Position numbers and translations under genes: made by a program. From Octopus bimaculoides (lineage: Eukaryota), in the NCBI RefSeq assembly GCF_001194135.2, contig NC_069009.1:10456851-10513993 (forward strand): DNA of 57,143 nt, read 5' to 3'. Shown here piece after piece: positions 48,109 to 57,143 of the stretch. Each line of letters opens with the position of its first letter. Within the stretch, counting starts at the first letter, position 1. The notes under the pieces were generated by a model. The model was given only the letters and a program-made list of their open reading frames with translations. It was not told the DNA's origin and ran no database searches.

Positions 48109-50356
48109 AGTGTGATGTTTAACTTGTATTAGTACAAGTTGACTCCGAGCTTCACCCTGAGATATCGAGACACATAAAGTTAAAATTTCAAGTTGGTGAT
48201 ATGCCTAGGGTGCACATATTTGGTTTTGCACAAAGTAGTTTTCTAGAGAATGTTCAAGAAAACAAGAAACTTATAATTTTCTTTCTAAATTGGAAATTAC
48301 ATAGACAGTATTTTACGTAGGTTATGGGCAGTGCCCACGAGCACTAATTTCCGAGTTTTGGAATTTCTACCATGCTTATATTTTCTGCTATCTGAGATAG
48401 GTAGCAATAAATCTTAGGGCACCTACGATTAGCGATATTGTTTTAGTCTTCAGGTCCCACATTTTGACAATTTCTATCTCTAGATCTTTATACTTGCTCA
48501 GTTTTTGGTAGGTCTTGACCGATACATTTATATCAATTGAGACATTTATATCAATGAGGTGGCACAATTTTTGCCTTAAGACTTTCAGTATAATGTACGT
48601 CTATTCACATCTGTCTTCCTCTATCTTTGAATGGTGAAGTTTCAGATGTGGGAAATGTGGTCGTTTTCAAGCACAGGAGGTGGTTTGTGTTCCCATAATT
48701 TTTTTATCATGGGGCAATTGCAAGTTTTTTTGCAAACTACCCAGTTGATATACTGTGCTGCTCTATCATACCTGTTGAGATACTCTGTTGGAGCAGTCCT
48801 TATCAGTAAGAATATCTAATGCAGCTGTTTTACTATAGGTTTTCATTCGTTTAGGTTTTACTGTGCTTGTTTCCTGTACATCTAATTCTGGGGTTTGTTG
48901 TGTTTGGAATTCCTTTAGATATTTCTTCACCAGCTTTGTTACTGAGTATGATGTTCTCTTGTTTTCGTACTTTAAAACGGGTTTTATCTTTAAAATGGGT
49001 TTTAGGCGAATTGTGAAAATCTTCATTGTTAATTTCAGTCGTGAAAGTATACGACTACACTCTTTTCTTGGCAGGTAAAGTCTGTCTATATCTGCCTTAG
49101 GGTGGTACATTCTATGCATTGTAAACAATGTCAGATATCGTCCATATTGAAACTGTACCTCAAGACCAATATGGCTAAAGTATACATCTCTTCAATCTTC
49201 TTTCTTGCATTCAGCTCTGTCTTCAGAATTGCACTTACCCTGCGATAACATTTTCTTCTGATCCTTTCCATCATCATTGAATGTTTGATTCTATCACATT
49301 CAAATACCTCGAAGTATTTGTACCCATCCGCTGGTTCTAACACTTCCACGACATTTTGTTGGTCAAGATTATCGTTGGTTGTTTATACCATTTTCCCTTT
49401 GATTAATGTAGCTTTTGCACATTTGTCGAGGCCAAATTTCATTCTGATGTCATTCCTGAATTATTTAATAATTGGAAATAACCCAGTAGTTGGTCATTTT
49501 TTGCAACGAGCTTTAAATCATCCATGTTTAAGATATGATTTATATTTATATGAAACATTTTATATTGTACAACCTTGAGCAATATCGAGAGAGGTATTAA
49601 GGTTATGCACAAGAGGAGCGGTGATAGACGGTCACCTTGGTATATACCACATGAAATTCTTACATCTTTTGCCTTGCAAGATTCATTGCCACTATTCAAA
49701 GTAAGTGTGGCTCTCCATGAACTCATACTTACAGACAAGAAATTTCACAGACGAGGTGCTATTTTATAAATTTACAGACATTACTTAATCCAGCTAAGTG
49801 GTAGACTATCAAAAGCGTTATTATAGTCTATCCAGACCATCGACAAATTCTTGTGTTGTTATTGACAATCTTCTATGTACAGGGGTTGGGCAAAATAATG
49901 GAAACACCTTAAAATTTCAAACAAATTAATTTTAATATGGGCCAGAACCGCATTTGACTATAATTATAGCTTTGTGCTGCTCCCGGCGAACAGTTTTTGT
50001 GGAAACTGGGTTCTGGTATATTTTTGGGAGCTGTACTCTTGTGATTCTTTCTAACAATTCGAGTAAGAGTCCGGCAGTCTAACAATTTGACATCTTTGAA
50101 ATTCCGATAGATCTATCATTTTAATTAATTTTAATTACCTTTTTTTGATGATATCTAAAAAGAAACATAAATTTTAAGAAAACATATTAACCAACACTAC
50201 TAATAAATAAAAAGACAAAATATATATATGCGTTTGACAGTTTATGGGTCTATAATGTTTTGGTTCATTTGTTTCTTCAGTTTTTGGTAGTGGGAATGTA
50301 ACACTATTAACTAACCAATAGGGAACCATACTAGGTTATTGCAAAACATTGTAGTA
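48107..50356 (-). mobile_element. Degenerate R4/Dong-like (RLE) non-LTR retrotransposon, interrupted by Tc1
   Basis: Minus-strand motifs are LPKTEETNEPKHYRPI (50215-50356), GIYQGDRLSPLLLCI...ILNMDDLKL, HPKADIDRLYLPRKE and a GTAHNLRKIL* end. The 3' UTR is followed by (TAA)n at 48047-48106. Confidence 0.85.
49878..50214 (-). mobile_element. Internally deleted Tc1-like element inserted in the LINE RT
   Basis: TA plus TIR caggggttgggcaaaataatggaaacacc lies at 49877-49907. The minus strand carries MIDLSEFQRCQIV and RTLTRIVRKNHKSTAPK...VSTKTVRRE, the same family as 27140 and 34140. Confidence 0.8.
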
Positions 50357-51099
50357 AAGTGTTATTAGCAGTGCATNNNNNNNNNNNNNNNNNNNNNNNN
50401 NNNNNNNNNNNNNNNNNNNNNNNNNNNNNNNNNNNNNNNNNNNNNNNNNNNNNNNNNNNNNNNNNNNNNNNNNNNNNNNNNNNNNNNNNNNNNNNNNNNN
50501 NNNNNNNNNNNNNNNNNNNNNNNNNNNNNNNNNNNNNNNNNNNNNNNNNNNNNNNNNNNNNNNNNNNNNNNNNNNNNNNNNNNNNNNNNNNNNNNNNNNN
50601 NNNNNNNNNNNNNNNNNNNNNNNNNNNNNNNNNNNNNNNNNNNNNNNNNNNNNNNNNNNNNNNNNNNNNNNNNNNNNNNNNNNNNNNNNNNNNNNNNNNN
50701 NNNNNNNNNNNNNNNNNNNNNNNNNNNNNNNNNNNNNNNNNNNNNNNNNNNNNNNNNNNNNNNNNNNNNNNNNNNNNNNNNNNNNNNNNNNNNNNNNNNN
50801 NNNNNNNNNNNNNNNNNNNNNNNNNNNNNNNNNNNNNNNNNNNNNNNNNNNNNNNNNNNNNNNNNNNNNNNNNNNNNNNNNNNNNNNNNNNNNNNNNNNN
50901 NNNNNNNNNNNNNNNNNNNNNNNNNNNNNNNNNNNNNNNNNNNNNNNNNNNNNNNNNNNNNNNNNNNNNNNNNNNNNNNNNNNNNNNNNNNNNNNNNNNN
51001 NNNNNNNNNNNNNNNNNNNNNNNNNNNNNNNNNNNNNNNNNNNNNNNNNNNNNNNNNNNNNNNNNNNNNNNNNAGATCGTGTGTTTCGGGAGGTCTTGT

Positions 51100-51148
<49 letters not shown>

Positions 51149-51535
51149 GGATGATGATGATGATGATGATGATGAGGTTGATGATGATACGAATAAATGC
51201 CCTGATGCAGTACCAGGCAATGGTTCTCATGGCTTTTGAACTCGACTGATTGTAAGTGTTAAAATGCACATTGTTTTGTCTTGATATAAAAGTTGGGCTA
51301 CAACAAATATTCTGCTCAATATCACATACATGCTTGTCAGTTGCTTGACCTCAACCTGTTGAGCATATGCCTTAGTGGCTGACGATATGTGTATCTCTGA
51401 TCATGCGCAGAAGTAGTGGCAGAGCATCATAGCCATGTGTTGATAGTAATTCGTTTGGGTTTGAATAATTAAACGCCGGAAACATGGGTGTTTTGTTAAA
51501 CAATAACAACAGCAGCAGCATCCGCGACAACAACG

Positions 51536-51572
<37 letters not shown>

Positions 51573-51622
51573 TAATAATAATAATAATAATGATAATAAT
51601 AATAGTAATAATAATAATAATA

Positions 51623-52106
51623 AGCCTCCCAGCAAGAAATGATCATTCTCTGGCTGCCCAGTACTGGCTGAAAAGGAATATATTCATAGATACGACAGAT
51701 TTGGGACCAATATACACATATATAGAAGTTATGTCAACACTATGGAATGACAAAAGAAAAAGTTGGTATAGAAACATCCCAGAAAATGACACGAAAATGA
51801 GAAAGTAACAATAGATTAGGATGCCAATAAATACTGAGAAATACTAACACCCCGGATAGAGTTGTCAAAGACTACGTAGAGAAGAAATGCTTTCTAATTG
51901 ATGTATCAATACAAACAAAGTAGAAACTTTCAGAAAGATCTGGAAATAAAGTAAGAGCACTACTAGGCACCACACACATCCTACGAAAATCACTTTCAAT
52001 AGAGTGAAAATAAGAGCACCGCAACAAACTACATCACATGCCCAAGGCACACAGATCTGCGTTCGGTAGTGCAGTGAAAGCACGTGATTGAAATAAGACT
52101 ACTGAA
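51623..52106 (+). mobile_element. 5'-truncated R4/Dong-like LINE 3' fragment
   Basis: It starts right after (TAA)n. IISGCPVLAEKEYIHRYDRFG and the 3' end aaagcacgtgattgaaataagactactgaa match the end of the 52371-56560 copy. Confidence 0.8.
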
Positions 52107-52296
52107 TAACGCGCGGTTTATCTTGATTCGAGATCACCATGTCACGCACATATGGTTCTGACGCATGTGCCTGGTGTACCCTTATCAGACGTGTTGTCAT
52201 GATGGGTATAATGGGCTTCGAATATTTTAACCAAGCGTCACTTTGATGGCATGCACTGCGCTCACACTCAATAATAATAATAATAATAATAATAAT

Positions 52297-52370
<74 letters not shown>

Positions 52371-52371
<1 letters not shown>

Positions 52372-55300
52372 GAAGATTACACCGTGGACGTTTAACATGT
52401 GAGAAAGATAAATCACTGCTCCAAAATTAACCAAAAAACATCGGAAATAAGGACATCACATGGAGCCAAAAATAGCTGACAAAGGGTTGGACTATATCTG
52501 AGTAAGTAATACTCATTGAAATGTATTTCTATTTTCCCAAATATGATGATGTATTTTAACTGGATATCTACGCAACTGGCACAGTAAACGTAAACACGCT
52601 TGTTAAATCAACACCAGGCCATATCCGGCCCCAAATACCATGTACAAAAAAATTACAAACAGATTAAATAATACCGGTATTATTCTACCCAAGAATAACA
52701 ACCGAGAATTGCATACTGTAAGCTTGTTACGCAAAAAGTACGACGACGTACACGTGCAAAACAATCTGACAACAGAAATGAACGGACCGGTACACTACGA
52801 AAACGATGACCGTCAAAATAAAATGCAGGGCGTTGTTCCTCATGTCCCGCAAACAAAACCAAAACGGCATAAATGGACACGTGAGGAATATATTTTCGAT
52901 CCTACACGCCTATTTCACAGCAGTGCTCTACCCAAAAAACGAAAACGCAACAACACATACATATAAAGTATAGAAGAAAAATAATCTAAATAAAGACCTC
53001 GATAACACAATGAACACTAACAAACTAGCTAACATAAGAAGATATATTCTAAAAGCCAAAAAAAATATCAGAAATAGAAATAGAACAATTGAAAGGAAAA
53101 ATACATCAGGAAAATCTAGATAGTAGTCACACAGCAATGCCAAATAATAATATAAACACTGAGATAGCAAAACACGAGGACAAACGTAACATTCCCGGCA
53201 AAAACGAAGTAAACAAAAAACAACAAACTCAGACCGTTGAGATGTATAATAATGTACACAAAGTACCAATCCAGAACACCACAGACAAACATATGAATGA
53301 AAAGGAAGGAAAAACAAATCTAAAGCCTGCGAATAACGAAGGAAAACCTAATGATTATGATACTATGAAAATGAAAATAACCGAAGAACTGAAAACCACA
53401 GATCTTAGAATGGACCACAGATTATATCTCCCAAAAATCAAAATAGACAATAAAACAACATCTATAATAAATAGCATAAACCTGGCCGTCACGGAACTAA
53501 CAGCCACAGAAACAACAGGCAATATCACTGAGCAGGATACTCCCTCAAACCCATCCGAATAGGAGGTCCACCACCCAAACAAACATTGTGGATAAATAAT
53601 ATCCAAAACAATATTAAAAAAAGAGAAAAGATTTATCAATTCTCAACGAAATTAGTAGACAATCAACACAACTAAGTAACAAGAAGAAAACAAAAATACT
53701 GCACAAATACAACATTACAGAAAAATACTTACCCGCGGCAAAAGAAAAGCTAAAGCAAGATATCCATGCCAAAGCACAAAGGATTCGCCGGTATGAGCAA
53801 CGCCAACGTTTCTTTGAACAAAACAAACAGTTCAAAACTAACCCCAAAATATTCTACCAAGAACTGGGTAAAAATAAAATAGACATTACTGCAGCACCAA
53901 CAGCAGAAGAAGTGTAAGAATTTTGGAAACAAATATGGTCGGTGAAGCAACAACCCCAAAAAAGGACCATTTAAACAACGAACTTAGAACTTGAGCAACT
54001 CCGGACACTTATAACAATTGAAGAGGTCACCCAGGCACTGCAAAGACTAAGCAACTGGAAGGCACATGGGCACGACAAGAGCCCCAACTTTTGGGTAAAA
54101 TACCTGAGAGGAATGCACAAAAAAGCTGACTGAAAACTTTAACAACATACTAGCAGGGCCAGAGAAAATGCCTGAATGGCTCACGAAAGGGAAAACCACC
54201 TTAATTCCCAAATCCACGGAAACGGAGAAACCACAAAACTACAGACCTATAACCTGTCTCCCTACGATCTACAAAGACTTTACTGCAATAATATCGCAGA
54301 GATTGAGTAAGCACCTGGAAAATTACCATCTGTTTCCAGAAGAGCGGAAGGGATGCTGCAAGGGCTCATACGGCTGTAAAGATCAATTATTGATCAATAA
54401 AGCCAAAGCTGAAAACAGCCGCAGAAAGAATAAAGGCCTCAGTATGGCCTGGGTGCACTACCAAAAGGCTTTCGACAGTGTTCCCCACAGGTGGATTCTG
54501 GAAACTCTAGTCATAAACAAGGTGGCACCAATTATTATAAAATACATAAGGTACTGGATGAACAAATGGCATACAGTGCTACAGCTCGAAACAAAAGAGG
54601 GACTTGTGAAAACGAAAGCCATCTCCATTAGAAGAGGAATATTCCAGGGAGACACGCTCTCTCCACTCCTGTTCTGCCTGGCGCGCACACCTTTGACTGT
54701 ATTGCTAAATAGAACTGGATGCGGATACAAATATTACGTCAAAACAGTCAGCCACCTTTTATATATGGATGCCATAAGATTATGCGCTAAAAATGACAAA
54801 GAGCTGGAAACACTACTGCAGACAGTACATGGCTTTACCAAGGAAATAGATATGAAATTCGGATTAGAAAAATATGCCAAAGCAACCCTGAAAAGAGGAA
54901 AATTAATTAAAATTAGCAACACCACACTAGATAAAGCCAATGAAATATGAGAACTAGACGAAAGCCAGCCATACAAATATTTAGGAGTCAATGAACTAGA
55001 TAGGATACAACACACACAAATGAAAGAAAACATAAAGAAAGAGAACTATAGACGAGTTAGATCAATACTAAAAACAGAGCTCAATGTTAAAACAAGATAA
55101 TAGGTATTAACACTTTAGCTGTCCCAGTTATAAGTTACAGCTACAATATCCTTAACTGGACACTAAAAGAACTATGTAAAATAGACAAGAAAACAAGAAA
55201 AATAATGACAGGATCTAGGAGTCACCACCCAAAATCTGACATAGAAAGGCTATATATTCAACGCACAGAACGTGGCATGGGTCTTATACAGCTGGGAAAC

Positions 55301-56560
55301 TATTATAAAATAACCACCATAGGACTGCAAAAATACCTACTTCAGAAGCAAGGAAAAGTAATACAAATAGTCACAAAACACGAGCAAAACAAAAAAAATC
55401 TGTTTTCAGTATTTAAGGAAGCTGACAAATACAAACAAGAAATCATAATACCTAACAAGTACGAAGCAGAAGAAGTAGAAACATCAGAAGCAATAAAACA
55501 AATGAAATCTAAACTAAAACTAGAACAGCAACGGACCATGATAAAACGATGGCAAGAAAAGCCCCTACATGGTAAATACTGGGCTACACTAAATGCGAAA
55601 GAAATAGACAAAGAAAAATCCCAGCAATGGTTGAGAAGCTCAGGACGCAAAGCAGAGACTGAAGGATTTTTAATTGCTGCACCAAAGCCTCCCCACCAGA
55701 AATTACCAAAAACATATAAGAAAAAGAGACATAACAAGTAACTGTAGAATATGTGGAGATGGATAAGAAACAATAAATCATATTATCTCTGGCTGCTCAG
55801 TCCTGGCAAGAAGGAATATATTCAGAGACATGACAGAGCTGGGACCTATATACACTGGAAGCTATGCCAACACTATGGAATAACAACAGAAAAAAGATGG
55901 TATAAACACACGCCAGAAAAGGTCACAGAAAACGAGAAAGCAACCATACTCTGGGATATGCCAATACACACAGATAGAGAGATTAAGGCCAATGGACCAG
56001 ATATAGTTGTCAAAGATCATGAAGGAAAAAAATGCATTCTAATTGATGTATCAATACCAGCAGATGACAACGTTTCTCGAAAAGAAATGGAAAAACTNNN
56101 NNNNNNNNNNNNNNNNNNNNNNNNNNNNNNNNNNNNNNNNNNNNNNNNNNNNNNNNNNNNNNNNNNNNNNNNNNNNNNNNNNNNNNNNNNNNNNNNNNNN
56201 NNNNNNNNNNNNNNNNNNNNNNNNNNNNNNNNNNNNNNNNNNNNNNNNNNNNNNNNNNNNNNNNNNNNNNNNNNNNNNNNNNNNNNNNNNNNNNNNNNNN
56301 NNNNNNNNNNNNNNNNNNNNNNNNNNNNNNNNNNNNNNNNNNNNNNNNNNNNNNNNNNNNNNNNNNNNNNNNNNNNNNNNNNNNNNNNNNNNNNNNNNNN
56401 NNNNNNNNNNNNNNNNNNNNNNNNNNNNNNNNNNNNNNNNNNNNNNNNNNNNNNNNNNNNNNNATAAGAGCGTCACAGCAAACCACAGCACATACCCAAG
56501 GCACACAGAACTGCACTCAGTAGTGAAGTGAAAGCACGTTATAAAAATAAAACTACTGAA
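52371..56560 (+). mobile_element. Near full-length but frameshifted R4/Dong-clade non-LTR retrotransposon (RT + RLE)
   Basis: RT motifs are PQNYRPITCLPTIYK, YQKAFDSVPH, GIFQGDTLSPLLF and HLLYMD. The C-terminus RHDRAGTYIHW...ANGPDIVVKD...ILIDVSIP carries a PD..D endonuclease. It is preceded by (TAA)n at 52270-52370 and followed by tataataataata. Confidence 0.92.
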
Positions 56561-56619
56561 GTATAATAATAATAGTGTGCAGCGCTCAAGTGAAAAGCTT
56601 TTAGAACAAGCCACTCAAA

Positions 56620-57143
56620 TACTACATTGATATAAGCACTGACTCTCCACAATCTATGAATTACTCTGAGAAGGGAGAAAGTATAAGCCATATTGTGAGT
56701 GAGTACTGTAAACCTGCACATCACGAATATAAAAAGAGACACAACAATGTGACCAGATATGTCCGCTGGCTGTTGTGCGGTTAAGCAAACGTGGAGAGAA
56801 CCGAATAATTGTATGAACACAATCCAGAGGGAGTAATGGAAACGAACATTTCAAAATAGTCTGGGATATTAACATGCAGTGCGACGAAATCATAGACGGG
56901 CGAAGACTAGATATCTTACTCATCCATAAAGATGAAAAAGAAGTTAAGATAATAGATATTGCAATACTAGACGATTTGAGGCTGAAATGTAAGGAAACAG
57001 AAAATATTGAGAAATCCCAGTTACTATGGTTATGGTGCATGAGGAAACTTATGGTGATACCAGTGGTAATTGTGGACTTAGGAACAGTTTCCAAGAGCTT
57101 TGAAAACATATTAAGAATATTGGATCTGCTGACAGGCTCGAGG
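56620..57143 (+). mobile_element. 3' fragment of a second RLE-LINE subfamily
   Basis: It encodes EKGESISHIVSE...KKRHNNV...HFKIVWDINMQCDEIIDGRRLDILLIHKDEKEVKIIDIAI...VIPVVIVDLGTVSK. Confidence 0.75.

Noticed and set aside
3727-56614. Long ORFs in the track made of X runs
   Set aside because: These are artefacts of translating N gaps.

Overview
This is AT-rich, microsatellite-dense eukaryotic DNA from a gapped draft assembly. The repeat families resemble those of Octopus/coleoid cephalopods, which is inferred and not proven. None of the long ORFs in the supplied track is a host gene: they are N-runs, microsatellite read-throughs or transposon relics. Reading splice sites by eye recovers + strand exons that the track mostly misses. 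(1) Eight exons at 2651-16328 splice into one open frame encoding two tandem [SEA-like + hormone-receptor (HormR/HRM)] modules, ending in what looks like the first GAIN helix. This is an adhesion-GPCR-type ectodomain with an internally duplicated module. (2) Ten phase-2/phase-2 leucine-rich-repeat exons at 17910-42429 (eight of 72 nt, one of 69 nt, one of 33 nt) arose by repeated exon+intron duplication, and three are nearly identical. The two blocks meet across a 100-N gap (possibly an unsized placeholder), with a phase mismatch and evidence of a missing LRR exon, so their order and linkage are unresolved. No GAIN body, GPS, 7TM or LRR-CT exon was found. Introns hold two mariner relics, four Tc1-like relics, a Penelope-like element, a Gypsy relic with its 3' LTR, five R4/Dong-like LINE pieces (four beside (TAA)n), SINEs, two fold-back MITEs, telomere-like repeats and a decayed minus-strand hexapeptide-repeat frame. 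There is also one clear false duplication across a gap.
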